From positions 620,001 through 684,000 of the forward strand of contig AP026134.1 of NCBI GenBank assembly GCA_030295235.1: 64,000 bases of DNA. Direction: 5' to 3'. A program made the translations under genes and the position numbers. The notes under the pieces are model-generated. The model was not told the origin of the DNA. It saw only the letters and a list, made by a program, of their open reading frames with translations, and did no database searches. Every line of letters begins with the position of its first letter. Position 1 is the first letter of the stretch. Positions 27,595-41,300 of this stretch are shown piece by piece. This DNA is from Fistulifera solaris. Taxonomy: Eukaryota.

Positions 27595-28248
27595 CTAAGC
27601 GTCATCCTTGACCGATTTCTTTTGTCGTTTGGAGGAGGGAGGACCGAGGTCCAAATCTTCGACGGCTTGTTCGTTTTCTTGTTCTTCGCATTCGTTGCAC
27701 ATGGCATCTTCCAACAGTCGTAGTCGAGCACGATGTCCCAACTTGTTGTTTGCGGGCCAAAATGGCAAAGCGAGTAATACTTCAAACACATCCAAAGCGG
27801 AATCCGCCAATGGCAATATAGCTCTCCGTATTCCTTCCGCGACATCATCCTTGCAATCGACACGTTCCTCCAGATGATCCTCGGAATGCAAAATGTTGGC
27901 TTCCAACAAGACTGCCTTGCTTGACAACATCTTGGAAATATAGTCATCTTTTAAAAATCGGTCTTTTACTTTGGATTCTTTGGATATCTGCGCTGAAGCA
28001 TGGCAAATCCATTCCAACGTTGTTTCATCCCACTCACAGCGACTTTCGATTTGGATTGTCACAGAATTGCGGGTCACCGAAAGGCATCCGGAGCGAGTGG
28101 ACAGCGATGATTCCGCTGGTTCCCAGTGAAGTGACCATTCGTTCAATTGTTGTTCCATCGAACGACCAGGTTTGCCTTCCTCGATATAACGACGCAACGC
28201 CGTTTCAAACGCGGCGGTTTCGGCTGAATGACTAGTTGAATCCGCCAT
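27595..28248 (-). CDS. Hypothetical protein (217 aa) with C-terminal basic, NLS-like patch
   Basis: Intact ORF; LGHRARLRLLEDAMCNECE; PSSKRQKK. Confidence 0.65.
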   Translation of the reverse strand: MADSTSHSAETAAFETALRRYIEEGKPGRSMEQQLNEWSLHWEPAESSLSTRSGCLSVTRNSVTIQIESRCEWDETTLEWICHASAQISKESKVKDRFLKDDYISKMLSSKAVLLEANILHSEDHLEERVDCKDDVAEGIRRAILPLADSALDVFEVLLALPFWPANNKLGHRARLRLLEDAMCNECEEQENEQAVEDLDLGPPSSKRQKKSVKDDA

Positions 28249-28334
28249 TTATTGTGGAGAAGTCGAATTGCTGATGAAAAATAGAAGGAGTGATTGAAGC
28301 TTGTGCGACGAGACTAGCTGGGGTATTTTGTTTT

Positions 28335-28850
28335 TCTTTCAAGCAAAAGTGAACCACACAATCACAAAAATCCAAATCACGTTCGTGACCAAGTCAGTCG
28401 GGGTAACACTCGGGTCCGTAGTCCGTAATAGGCTGAAAAGTCCAAAGACCCGGCTCATCATTCTTCGATGCGTATTGCTTACCAAAACGTGTAGTACATT
28501 GCCAAGCTAATCAACTTAATAGACTTATTAAAAGAAAGCGCAAGTGGTCGATGTTGCGAGTATAACGGAAAGCAAAAGTGAAAGACCTTACAACGCAATC
28601 CCAATTCGAGACTGAAAGTCAGTCGGGGTAAAAATTCGCCTACACTTAAAGCCCATAGTCAGATTGAAGTCAAACGACCTGGATAAATATTCGATGAGAC
28701 TTGCTTATCAAAACGAGAAGCCCATTGCCATAGATGATCAACATTGATAGGTTCGGTTAAAAATTCAATGTTAGCAATCGATGTTGCGAGTACAACGAAG
28801 AGCAGAAGTGAAAGCCCCAAAATGCAATCGCAGGAAGGCAAAACTGAACG
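28335..28850 (+). repeat. Dispersed ~220-bp tandem-unit element, locus 3 (~2.3 units)
   Basis: AAGTCAGTCGGGGTAA at 28391 and 28616. TCGATGTTGCGAGTA-AACG-A-AGCA-AAGTGAAAG at 28548 and 28778 (230 apart). Head GACTGAAAGTCAGTCGGGGTAAAAATTCGCCTACAC at 28610. Confidence 0.85.
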
Positions 28851-28929
28851 GTACAAGCCACTATCGTGCCCCATGTCCATTTCAGACGACTGACGTTGCA
28901 TCAACAACTCTTAGCTAGCTATTACACCG

Positions 28930-29562
28930 TTATTCGCTTGAGAAGGACCATGCTTTCGATATTGATATCTTCCTCGCATAATTGTCCGGTTTCCCCACTT
29001 CATGAAAACCCCCACCCGGAACAAATGATCTAGCGTTTACGTTTAGTTTACCACTCGCATCGGCTCTATTCACCTCATAGCACTGAGTTGGGGTACCAGA
29101 TGATGCCGACGGGACGAACATCGGCGCCGAAGGATTAGGAGCAAACGCGACCGGAGGCGCCGGCTTCCAAGAGGACACTGATGGCGCGACATAGTAATCT
29201 TGCTCTACTACATGTTGATCCTGTGGGTGCTTGAAAAGACATCCTTTTGTTTTGCACTCTGACCCAAAACGACACGGAATTCTCTGGTAGTGAGAAATGA
29301 GATCATCACATTCGGTTTGCGATCGCGGGTGACGCTTGCGACAAGTAGCTGCTTCGAAGGAGCAAATGCCTGCTAGATACGCCATGCATGGTTCCGTGCT
29401 TTTAGGTTGCTGTGATGCTTTGTCAGATTTGTCATGCTGATAAATACAATCAGGCCGCGTACAGCCGGCTCCGTAAAAACATTTCTCCGATACTTTGACT
29501 CCCTTCTTCGCTTGTAAAAACACGCCGCGATTGTTGTTTACGTAATTCTTCCCACGTGGCAT
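28930..29562 (-). CDS. Tandem CCCH zinc-finger protein with PAM2-like motifs
   Basis: CFYGAGCTRPDCIYQH, CMAYLAGICSFEAATCRKRH, CRFGSECKTKGCLFKHP; FAPNPSAPMFVP and KLNVNARSFVPG. Confidence 0.75.
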   Translation of the reverse strand: MPRGKNYVNNNRGVFLQAKKGVKVSEKCFYGAGCTRPDCIYQHDKSDKASQQPKSTEPCMAYLAGICSFEAATCRKRHPRSQTECDDLISHYQRIPCRFGSECKTKGCLFKHPQDQHVVEQDYYVAPSVSSWKPAPPVAFAPNPSAPMFVPSASSGTPTQCYEVNRADASGKLNVNARSFVPGGGFHEVGKPDNYARKISISKAWSFSSE

Positions 29563-30241
29563 TCGTTAAATTTTTCAAGCTCCCAATTGATATGGGTAAT
29601 ATGCAATTGTCTTTATTTTCAACAACTTTTTCTTTTTTCGCCGTCCCATCCATAGTAGCTACTGCCACCTATACCCTTGTCGAGTTCCAAAAGCCGGACG
29701 GCGGAAGCAATAGGTCATAGAAAAAAGAAACAGAAACGAGAGCACATTCACCTGTACATTACATAGCCCAGTCCAAAACGTTTTCAAACACTAGACAGGC
29801 AGTAACAGTTCACTGTAAACCGGATGCTTTCTTCAATACAAAAGAGTACTGTAAAGACAAAAGCAAGCAAAAAGCATTGCAAGGTGGACGAGAGGAAAAC
29901 GAAAGCAACACGAGCACATAAAAACGCAGTCCCCTATTTAGTTGCCCAAGAGAAGGCAGAGTCCGCCAGACCTATTCACAATAGAATTACAAACGAGCGA
30001 GCGAGCGATCGACCACACCTTCTCTCATTCAGCTTTAGAAAGCCACAGCACAAAGTCGAGCAATTGCGATGGGCCGACCATCTCTTACCGAAACGAGCGC
30101 AAGACGCCCAACGACTCGTAGTGAAAACGAGGAGGAGGAGACATTCCGCGTCGATTCCCTCGAACAGGGAACCTTTTTCAAGTCAAGTCTTTGCCTGCCA
30201 TCAATCCGTCTTACCGTTCTGAGAGGGAAATACCTCTTTTG

Positions 30242-33200
30242 ATGTCTTCGGGTGTCCCATACTGTACGATGGACGAACAATCCTCCGGTAAGTTTGAACG
30301 CTATCAATTGTCGAAATGTCACGCAGATGTCGCGAAATGCTTGATGAGACCCACGTTCTCCGTCATGATTTCGTTTAGATCTTTCCTTGTGTGCTCTGTT
30401 AGACCAGACTTGACGAATTCTGGCATGTTGCGGATGCTTTCTTCGATCGAAGGGCTCATCGTTGACCGCTTTGTTTTGTGGCGTCCTTCGTGAAAAAATG
30501 TCCTTCCCGGCCGTTAAATCAGCTCTGGCCTCACCTTGTGCCCCCACAACATGAATATCATCGACTGACGTTGTTTCGTCTACTTTCTCTTCGTAAGGGT
30601 GCTCAGGAGAACAGAAGACCACGGATCGGACACTTGGTTCACCATGGTCGTCGTCTTTTTCATCATGCGGCCCATCAGAATTGAATGTCGCAGATTCCAA
30701 ATTCCCTGGACTGGCTTTTCCATTCACGTTTGCAGAGAGCGAAATTTCGGATAGAGTGACAGACGTTGACGCAGCTACAACGACTCCTGCCACGACCATA
30801 GTAACTCGTCGCGAATCATCAAAGAAAAGTACGTCGGATGAGATTGATTTATCTTTTGATTCGTGGGTCAAAGCAATCTGCAAGTGGCAAGGTGAACAGC
30901 AAATATCCATTAACCAATCGCAACCGCGACGCAAAGCTCATGCCACGAAGAAGCGCGCGCGGCCAGACGATGACGAACTCCCTCTCCCCAAGCGTGCTGC
31001 CATTTTGGACAACAATGATGGAAAGTCTTGGCAACTCGTTTGGTCGCAGTTTGTCGCACTTAGTGGGGGTCGAATGTGCTTTGCTCGACGACACAAAGCG
31101 AAGCCGCGTTCTTGGAAAGACTTATTGGAGCCTGTTGCAATTCTGGGCGATCTTCGTTCGGAATCTACACCACCGCATCTACATCATCTAAAAGTGCACA
31201 TCGATAATGCGGAGGATGTTTGGCAAGCTATTTTGGCATTGTGTGAAGTGCTAGTAACGCAATTGAAACAGCCGTCGGAACAGAGGCCAATTTATTTGTC
31301 ACAGGTCATGCGTCTGTTGGATTATTGCAATCAATTACCTGATCCAGAGGATGTATTTGTTGCCCAACCCCATGATACGACCATTAAAGATATTTATGAA
31401 ATTCTTGATTTGCTGCTTGCGCATGTCGAAACTGCCCGCTCGCATCAAGCTCGTCTACTTGATTTGTGGTATCAAAAGGGAGCGGACGTCGACGAACTTC
31501 GTAAACGCCTTGACATATTGATGAAGGAAAGCCCTCTTCAATTGGATGAAGTCCACGAACTGAAATCCCAGACAGATGCCGTGATGAAATGGCAGGTGCG
31601 ATTAGAAAACGGTTTTGAAAGTACAGAAGACGCCGAAGCACTTGTTCGGGAAGGTGAGACTTTAGGCTTTGAATCAAGGGGATTATTACAGCTTAGATCG
31701 AGAATAAGTAAAGTTTATGAAATCAGAGAGAGTGTCAGAGAGTGGCGGCTCTCTGGTAGAAAGGAATCCACAAAGTTCTTGGCTAACTTGGTCCGAGAAA
31801 TCCAGCGCGTTCGATGCCCTTTTGAAGAAGCACAGGAGGTATTATCTTTACAACAGGAGTCGGAATCGTGGATTGACCGAGCCAGTATTGCTATTCGAAC
31901 AAAATTAAGCCTGCAAGAGATGGATGATCTTGTGAAACGTGGAGAAGCACTGCCGTTGGATTTGTCTGAGTTTATTGACAAATTATCGACACGTATTTCT
32001 TTAGGAAAAAGTTGGCTCGAGCGCTTCATGGACGCAGTGCAGCAACCTGAAAGTGATCCATCCCAGTCCCCATCTTTACATATGTATAAATGGATGCAAA
32101 ATATACGGCTTGCGTTGAATCCTTCAGCTGAGGATGGTGATACTGTCGTTCCCACCTTGCACGAACTGGCGTCAGAGGGTGGACGGCTCCCCGTTCAAGT
32201 CGATTGCGTACAGCTTCTCCAAATTGAGATCGAAGCAAAAAGCTGGTCGGCCCGAGCGAGGAAGTGGGATTCAAAGCGCCCTAAGCTTGACGAGCTGCAG
32301 GAACACGTATCTAAAGCTACAAATCTGCGAGAGCGTTTAACCATACTCAACAGCAACGAACGAGATTCCTGGCAATTAGAAGGAGAGGTAGAAGTTCGCA
32401 AGCTGGTAGCCGAAGTCGAGACATGGCTTGAAAGATATGATTCTCTTTCGGAGAAATCCTGGTCACTTGAAGACCTTCGAGTTTTAGCGAGGGATGCAGA
32501 GACGATTCCAGCAAACCTGGGGACAGCTTCATCGCAACTGAACAAAGTTTTGAATCAAGCTGAAGATTGGTACAAGCAAAACGAGCCATTGATTCGCTGC
32601 TGTCAAAACGGAGATATTGTCGATGTAATCGAGTTACGAGCTGCAGTTGAGTCCGCTAATGGCGACCTAATGGTTGAGCTCGACGAAGTATTGCATCTTC
32701 AACGCGTACTGGACCAGGTGTCGGATTGGATGAACAAAGCATCGATAGTATCTGGCGGAAAGCGAAAGGGAAAGAAGTTTTCTATTAGTATTGATGAGTT
32801 GGAAGAGCTGATAAAACAGGCTGATCTCTTACCTGTTAATACTTCTGACGAAGTCGATATGTTATTGAAGGAGATCGACATTTCAAGAAAATGGCAGACG
32901 GTCGCTTCGGAATCATTAATGACCATTGCTCGACGGTTTGACGAATTTCGCCTGGACTTGTTGCAAAGATACGGAAGTCCGGAACTGTACGACAGGAAAA
33001 AGATTGCTGATGTCAACGGCACTATGAAAGGACATGACTCTGCTGCTTTTAGGGACCCGGTCGACCTTCAACTTCTGGTCGAGGAGTTTCACAAGGATGC
33101 TGTGAATATGGTTGTAGCTACCCCAGAGTCTACACTGGCGCCCACCTTGGAAGCCATTGGTCGATGGTGCATTCGTTCACAAAAGTACTTGGAGAGCCAG

Positions 33201-35933
33201 CGCGATGTCTTCGACAAGCGCTTCTTCGGCGCTTTTGATCGTTTCATAACGGAAGGCAAAAGTTTCTGTGATTGCAGTACTGAACACAATCCATCAAGTG
33301 TCGCTACCGATGCTATTGGGATTGTTAAATCCGCTTTTTCTTCGGTTGTTCGTGATCAGCTTGAACGCTTGTCTTTCCTATCTAAAGACCGGGAAGATTT
33401 CATCAGGTGGTCGAAAACTGCCGAAGCTGCCATTTCCTCAGGCGAAAAGAAGACCGCCCTAGAGAAATTGAAGGATATTTCTTTGATGGGTGCAGTATTT
33501 CCTTCTGAGTGCGAGCTCGTTGAAAGATTACAAACTATTGTCGACGAGGCCATGGAATGGACATCCAATATCTCGGAATTATTGTCATCGGGAGAAAAGA
33601 TAAGCATGGCAGAAGCTAGATCGCTTTGCGATGAAGCGGAAAAGATTGGTTTTGTGTCTTCTGAGGTTAAAACGCTTCAGAATGAAATAAAAGCCGCCCG
33701 AGCATGGTCTAACCAAGTAAAACGAAGTAATATCGAGCAGGGCTCTGTTCAAGCAAGAAATGTGCAGTCTTTGATCGAAGAGCACGAGTCGCTTCTTATA
33801 CACATGCCAGAAGAGTTGACGAAACTAAAGCATGCCGTCAAAAACTATTGCATCTGCCGAAGGCCCTATGAAGGCTTTATGATCGGTTGTGATGATTGTG
33901 GTGAATGGTTCCACGTTGGCTGCGTCGGCGTGACAGAAACTAAAGCAAATAAAGTTGACAAATACACGTGTGTTCGTTGCTCTGCGCTACAATCATACAA
34001 AGCGTGTGCAGCATCTGTGGCTTCTACAATTAAGAAATGGACAAGCGTTCAAGAACTGAAAAGGGCTCGCCAAGTTCTAGCTCAAAAACATCAACGCAGG
34101 GTCAGGAAGGAGACGAAGCAGATTGAGACTTTGGCACTTGAGAAAAAGGAACTCCTTGGAAAGCTCAGAAATTTTGCATCTGAAATATCTGTATTGAACG
34201 AAACCACAGAGGATATTGTAACAAATGAATCACCGTTGGAAGCATCCACACGTCAGGACCCTACGTTGTCAACGTCAAAGGAACAAGTCGGAACGAAAAC
34301 TTTCAATGAAGACGGTGCTCCTCCTAAACCTGATGCAGTGGCAAATAATATTTTGGAATTAGGAAAGGAGCAGATAGCAAGCAGGTTACAAATTATTGAC
34401 GAAAACTTGGAGTTGTGCAAATCCCGCCTTGTCAAATTAGAAGAGGACTTGAACGTCGAGAAAGAGAAATATCGTGAAGAAGATCAATCTGCTCAACTTC
34501 TGAAGAAATGGAGTATTCGTGTGCGGTCAATCTATTTAGCGCCTACGACGGAAGAGAGAGCTCTGGCAAGTCGCCCAGCTCTAAACAGCGAGTTGCTCTC
34601 TGACTTAACCGAAGTTTGTACTGAAGCAAGTGATCTCGGACTAACTCGCTTTGATGAAGTCGTCTCAACTCATGATGCACTGGCTCGTCTGGCTTGGACT
34701 TTTCGGGTACTGATCATCCTGGCAAGAAGACCGTCCACAGAAGAAATGGCCGCGCTAGTGAAAACTGGAAAGAGCTTGAAAGGTCTGGATGACAAGGCTC
34801 TCCGAGTAATGCGCTTGCTGAAAAAAACCCATGAAAAAGCCGAAATGTGGCAAACAAAGGTAGCTAAAGCCTTGGCACCGATACCTGGCGAGAGTCGTAA
34901 TTTTGATATGAATAATCTTCGCGAACTTCTTCGAGCTGCTGACGATATACCTTTGAATCTTCCATTTGAATCACGGCTTGCGACGGTTATCGAAGACAAA
35001 GGGGTTCGTCACTGTGTTTGCGGAGGGCCTAGCGACGGCCGGTTCATGCTTTGTTGCGACCGATGTTCCAAATGGTACCATGGTCAGTGCTTAAACATTT
35101 CGAAGGATAGTGTTGATGAAGATGCTGAATGGAAGTGTCCAGAGTGTTTGGGAGCAAAGATTGACATATCTATGCTGGATCTCGCCCGTTTCCACGAAAC
35201 ATTTGAAATCGATACCGAAATGGAGGATACCACGGAGGATCAAGATGATGTTTCGTCCAAAGCTCCTGATCTCGATACTTTGTGGCCCCCACTTGGTCTT
35301 CTTGGTTCTGAAAAGGCAAAGGAGGCCCTCGGCGAAGCATGCTGCTCCATCCCGGACAATGTGGGTTTCACTAAAGAGACACCACTTTCCATGACAAGTC
35401 AGTCGACCGGCGACAATGCGCAGTTGACTCTTAGCAGGGAAGATACTGTTACCGTGATGGATACGACCGTTTCGCATGCAGCGCCCATCATGCCTGCAAC
35501 AATGCATAACTCTACCACCAGTTCGTCAACTCCAACGGATGAAAATTGGCTTCAAAGAGTGCTCAGCGTCCACAATTCATTGCCACTTGCTTCTGCCACC
35601 ATGACGCCTACCTCGTTCGGAAACGTAGAGGAAATTGCCGTAGCGCTTCGTCTGCAGCAAGCCGTACCAACATTATATTCGAGTTTTCCTGGTGGAGTAA
35701 GTAATCACGGAATGACCATGCCTTCGCATCTACATGCATCTCATGGTGGCCACCTTACGAATAACATGATGGTACATCAGCCGGTCGTCTCTGCAACTCC
35801 TTCTGCGGAGAGTGTCATTTCTCTGGAACAAAGACTGGCTTTACTAGCAGGTAGAGACCCTATCGACAGTGAGGTGGCACGCCAACATGAAATTCTGGTG
35901 AATGCTTTGTCGGATGCACGAAGAGATCCCTAA
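30242..35933 (+). CDS. Large PLU-1-repeat and double PHD-finger chromatin protein (~1790 aa)
   Basis: 1750-aa ORF with helical W..RA...L...L..L...G..LP repeats and two PHDs (YCICRRPYEGFMIGCDDCGEWFHVGC; HCVCGGPSDGRFMLCCDRCSKWYHGQC). A predicted phase-1 intron 30288-30597 supplies the ATG exon. Confidence 0.8.
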
Positions 35934-36333
35934 AGCCGCACCTTCTTCTTCCTAGTCAAATCAGACGTGCTATGCTTCCGTAAATGCTTCGGTTAGGTGA
36001 ATTCGTCTGTACATTATAGATTATAGTCAATGGTATCTTGAATCTTGAATGCTATGTGACTTTCAACTTCCGAGTTGATTCCGGCATAGCCAACAACTTT
36101 GAAATGGACACTCATGGTGCAACGGAAATTTAAGTCTCGCAGTCTCGAACCAAACTGTAGACAGAATCTTGCGTTGCAGGTGGCAGACGATCATCTCTCT
36201 TGTGCCAATTTCACACGGCTCGTTTCGGCACATTTTCGCGAAAAAGACATCTTGGAGTCATCGCATAACATTGTCGTTCTTTCACTTTTATCTTTCGATT
36301 AGGTACCAGGTAACAACAACAAATTTTGCAAAC

Positions 36334-37609
36334 ATGGCAGATACAGTGACGGAAGTGACTACGCAAAGCTACGGCTCGCGCGTGAAAAACTCGTGTTCAG
36401 GATTGTGTTGGGGACCGGTGATGATTCTGGCGGGCATCATTTTGTTAATCTGGAACGAAGCCAACGCCGTAGCACACCATCGATCTCTCGATCAAGGAGA
36501 ATCGAATACTATTTCTGTGCCCAGCATTGCGTCAATTGATACGGTCAACGAAGGAAAGCTCATTCATGTGACGGGTGCGGCGACGACGAGTGCCAGCATT
36601 CAAGACGATGTGTTTGGCGTGGCCGCCCCAAATGGTGAATTCTACATCAAGTTGCAGCGATCTTCCATGATGTATCAGTGGACCGAGTCATCGCAGTCTC
36701 AGACGGAAACAAATTTGGGAGGCTCGACTACCACCACCACGACGTACACGTATCAAAAGGAATGGATGCCAACCTTGGTGTCGAGCAGTTCGTTCAACAA
36801 ACCACAAGGCCATGAGAATCCAACGGTCTTTCCTTATCCTGCCGACACATTTACCGCGAGTCCTATTAATTTCGGTGCATATGTCTTGCCCGAGGCGATT
36901 GTGGATCGCATGTCGTGGCTTTCCAATTACGACGGCCCGTTGAATGTGAGCCAGATCCCTGATGCGAAATTAAGGAATCAAACCACCGTCATCACGGGCC
37001 CTGCTTTCTATGTGGGAAACAACTCCGCCAATCCGCAGGTCGGAGACACTCAGGTGTCGTTTACTGTCTTGAAAGCTCCCCAGACCATGTCGATTGTTGC
37101 CGTGCAGATTGGAAATACCTTTGCGCCTTACACGGCAAAAGCCGGACGTGAAATTCTACTCGTTCAACCCGGAGTCAAAACGCAAGCTCAAATGTACGAA
37201 GAAGCTCACGACAATGTTACGACAGTGGCGTGGGTGCTCCGTTTTGTGGGATTCTTGGTGATTTGGTTTGGTCTCATCCAGATCATGGAACCCCCTGACG
37301 ACCATGGCCGATGTCGTACCGTTTTGTGGTAACCTGTTGGAGACAATCACGTGTTGGGTCTTGTTGCCAGTTGCGCTCTTTATTTCGCTCTTTTTCATTT
37401 CATTGGCATGGTTGGCGGTACGACCGTTGCTGTTGCTTCCGATCTTGGCGGTGGTGGGCGGAGCTGGTTATTTGCTTCACCGACACAACAAGCAAAAGGG
37501 AGCGGATAAGAATACCAGAGAACTTCCGGAGGAGGAACATATCGAGAAGCCTAGTAAGAAGGAGGAAGAGCCGGAAGTGCAAGTTGTGGAGGGCGACGAA
37601 AAGGTTTAA
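36334..37609 (+). CDS. TMEM43: TMEM43/LUMA family membrane protein (frameshift at ~37293)
   Basis: LLIWNEANAV, NEGKLIHVTG, MYQWTE, YTYQKEW, GHENP, NPQVGDTQVSF, WVLRFVG, LAWLAVRPL. Confidence 0.85.
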
Positions 37610-38363
37610 ATATTTGTGCAGCTTGGTGTCATGGTACCCCACGTGTTGCGTCGGGTAGAACGTTAAGAGTGTTAATGCGGAATGGAGTCTTAGCTCCGAA
37701 ATCCTTTTGGTAAAGATTGTAAATGTTTACAAAAAGAAAATGTTTTCTAGCCAGTGAAGGTTTAGGTCAATTCGAAACTACCAAGCATATCTTTGAAAAA
37801 CATTTCTACTTTGATGAGTTGGAGATTAGGTTGAGGATGTGAATAAAGGGTGCCGCAATGACCGGTGGACCAACTTCAGAACCCCAAAGGAATCAATACG
37901 GCTTAAAGAAAGAAGCGTGTGTGGTCTTTCCCGTCAAGAAAGTTGATGATATGACCGACATTGACGCATAACTAAGAAATAGTCTCGTATTGTGAAAAGA
38001 CACTCCCATTACCACCGGAAGTTGCTCAGCTGTCGCCTACGTCCGTCTTCAGAAAGATAGGATGTAAAAGTAATCTCACAGGTAATACGATATAGTTTAT
38101 AGTTATACTCCATAGAGGATGATGTGGCTTTACTTCCAAGACTGATAACCGATTGAGTCGGAAATTATCATGTCTACACTTGACGACCGAGTAAATTTTC
38201 GTCTTGCCGCTGACAGTCTAAGATCTGACCGCCACCAAAATAATGGAAGCAATAAATAATACCGTAGTAATGAATTTTCAGAAGACAATCATTCATGGGG
38301 AATATACAAGTATCAATGAAGTAACCATTGGTGACAACATATTTGTAACATAATCGTCGAGTA

Positions 38364-41300
38364 ATGTCTCTCTCTACTTTACAAGCCCAGTTGGCAGCTT
38401 TGTCGGGTCGGAGCAAGAATCCTGGTTCCGTGTACGCCAGTAGCAAAAAGCACGATCAAGCCGTCGGTCGAGGCTTACACTTCTCGACGCAACATGGGCA
38501 CAGTATCCAGACGAAATTCGCTCAGCCTTCATTGTTAGCAGCAACAGCGAAAGAGGCTGCAGATACTCCATTGCAGGCTTTGACTGAAAATTGTCGAATC
38601 GCTTTAACGGAACTGAGCTCGACGAATCAACAGGAAGCTCAGTTTTGGCTCAATGCGTCGCGTATCTGCAACAAAGACAACGTTCAGTACAAAGTTGTTC
38701 AAGAGGTTCTGGTGCACTTGTCGGCAAGTCTTTGTAAAATGTCCTCCGTAAACGCATCTTGGCATGTGCTGGAGTATCTGCTGCGTCGCTACGAACTTCA
38801 CGTGAGTCACTTTGAGGATCTTCTTTGGACGCTATGGCCCAGTGCAGATCAGTACCCCGCCATATTCTTGCGAGCACTCAAGTGTATCGATTTGGGTGAG
38901 CACCCATCCTACATGTGGCTACGTGCCTATACGACGTCGGAAACCATCCCACCCAGGCAACAGCTGTCGCAACATGTCATGAAGCACAAAGACCTGCTTA
39001 AGAAAGTTTGTACATGGAGCAATCTTGTGGCTGATTTGAGTGGCGCAGCGTCCGTTCTCAGTTTTACCGCTGCCATTCTTGTAGAGGGTTTGGCTTGGAC
39101 GCGAAAACAAGCACAGGAAGATTTGGAAGGAATTTCGAAGATCATTTTCCCGACCGTTTTGAGCGCTTGCGTGGGAGCGTCTCAAGAATGGAAAGGATGG
39201 GGTTGGGTTGTTTCATCGGTTCTCGTTGAAACAATGCCCCTTTCGTCGAAATACTTAGAAATTTTGATGGGGAAAATCTTGGAAGACTCTTCGAGTTCGG
39301 CAGTAATGGTCGTGATTAGTTTATTGTCACAGAATACAACAGAGCTTTCTTTGGACAAGCGCTCTCATTATCTTCCTTTGGGAAACGGATCTCACCTAGG
39401 TTGCGCGGTGCTACCGAAGGACACCAGGGAAAAACTAGTTCAGATTCCTGGACTACCGTCAATGCTGGGAGAGCTTCAGCAAGAAATTGTTATTGCGCCA
39501 TTTGTGGCTTCCCTTCTTGTTGGCTGTTTAGCACACGGTAATAGCGGCATTGTAATTGAAATGATTCGTGAAAAATCATTGGAACTGTTTTGGGAAGGAG
39601 ATTCCGAAATTGACATGGTGGCTTCCCTATCTAGTTTCATCGTCCATCAAGTTCTCACTCAGAATAAAAGTTCTGTTGATTCTTGCAAGGTGGTCCTTGA
39701 TGAATTGCATAGATTCGACCCAATGGCCTGCGAACGCGGGATTGGAAGAGGTATACAGTGGGGGAATCGGGATCAGGAAGGATCGACTGACGTCAGCAGG
39801 AAGAGGCTACTATCATTGCTAGATGGGGTCATCGAATTGACCCCAACGACGGAGAGACCCCTCGGAGAGGATCAGTCTAGACATGTTACCCGCCCGTGTT
39901 GGTATCGAGCACGCTGATTCAGCAGTGAGACTTCAGGCAATAGCTCGACTTGTCCGCGACGATGTCCAAGGTGACTTATTGGCGACATTTCTTCGGCGAT
40001 GGGCCAGCGAGGACGAAAATCAGTCAGTGGCGCTCGCTGCCTGCAATGCTACGATAGACTGCTTACAAAAAGATATCAATATATATTCGATTGAGAAAGA
40101 ACAAGCATTGCAGTGGACTTTTGAAGCTTGTTGCTTTTGGGCTAAGGAGTTTTCTGCACAGCCAAGTGCTTCTGGTGTCAAGGAAATCTTGTGCAAGAGT
40201 GTGTTTGCGGCAGGACTGCTTTGTGGAAAGCTCATCGCTGTTCAACACTACCACCAGTGGAAAAGTATTGTTCAAATAATTGTTGCTCACGTTCGATGCA
40301 AAGAAAATGACGTTTCTATTTTGTCCCAGAAATTGTTTGTTACGGCATGTGGCAGAAACGTCGGTTTAAGTGTTGATCTGCCCCGTGATACTTTCAATCG
40401 TGCTCTTGTCGAAGACGTGGGTAAATGGATGTCCACCATTCCTCCTCATGGTATAGAAAAAACGGAGCGAACTATGGAATTGATGTTTCGTCACACATCA
40501 ATCACTCTCCTGATTGAAACGATCACCAACTCCAGTGATGAAGGAAAGGAGAGCGGAGACATGGTTTTCCGTTTTTGTGTGGAGCTCTTGAAGGCTCCCC
40601 AACCTTACCATGAAGTTATTTTGAAAGGCTTGAAATGGTGCATTGAAAAGCAAGAATACTCAAACTCAGAAATTGTTAAGAACTTAACGACGCTATGTTC
40701 TGCCGGATCCGAAGAGGCTTTTGAAGAAGCTGTGGTGCCGTCGATTGAAAAGCTTTTATCAAGTGTCTCTGATGATTCCAATCAGTCTGTTTCGCCTTTA
40801 ACGGTGGCGCTGGAAGTGGCGACACGGAGTTCGGTTTCTCCGAAGGCGTCAGTGAGACTTTTGAGACTAGCAAAGCGTATGGTTGAAGCCCAAGTGGAAG
40901 GTCCCTGGCTGTGTCTCGTTCCTGCCCTTTCCTTGATAGAACAATCGGATCAAAGGATTCGAGAAGCATCAAAAGAGCTACTTTTAGTAGTGGCAGAAAG
41001 AATGGAATCTGACTGTAGCGAATGGAAATCGATTTCTTTGCTGTGCAGGAGCGTCTTAAGCTCGGTCACTTGGACTGGTGAATCCATCGTATCTAGAGGA
41101 TTATCCGCTTGCTCAGGCGGTGAGCACTTCGACGAAACAAGAAGAAAACTGTTAACACTTTCGTATTATACTGCGATAGGGATCGGGAATGCACGTTGCA
41201 CCACATCCTCCAATAATATTCCCAGGTCAAGGTGGCTTCCCTGTGGAGCTGCCACTGGGGGTGAAACCTCTGCATCAAATCTTTTCAAAGCGCTTGAGAC

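Noticed and set aside
30288..30597. Long intron with TTGATGA at 30341 as a possible snoRNA
   Set aside because: No box D at a suitable distance and no convincing guide sequence.
30035..30934. 299-aa minus-strand ORF
   Set aside because: It overlaps the 5' end of the PLU-1/PHD gene in antisense and has no recognisable domain.
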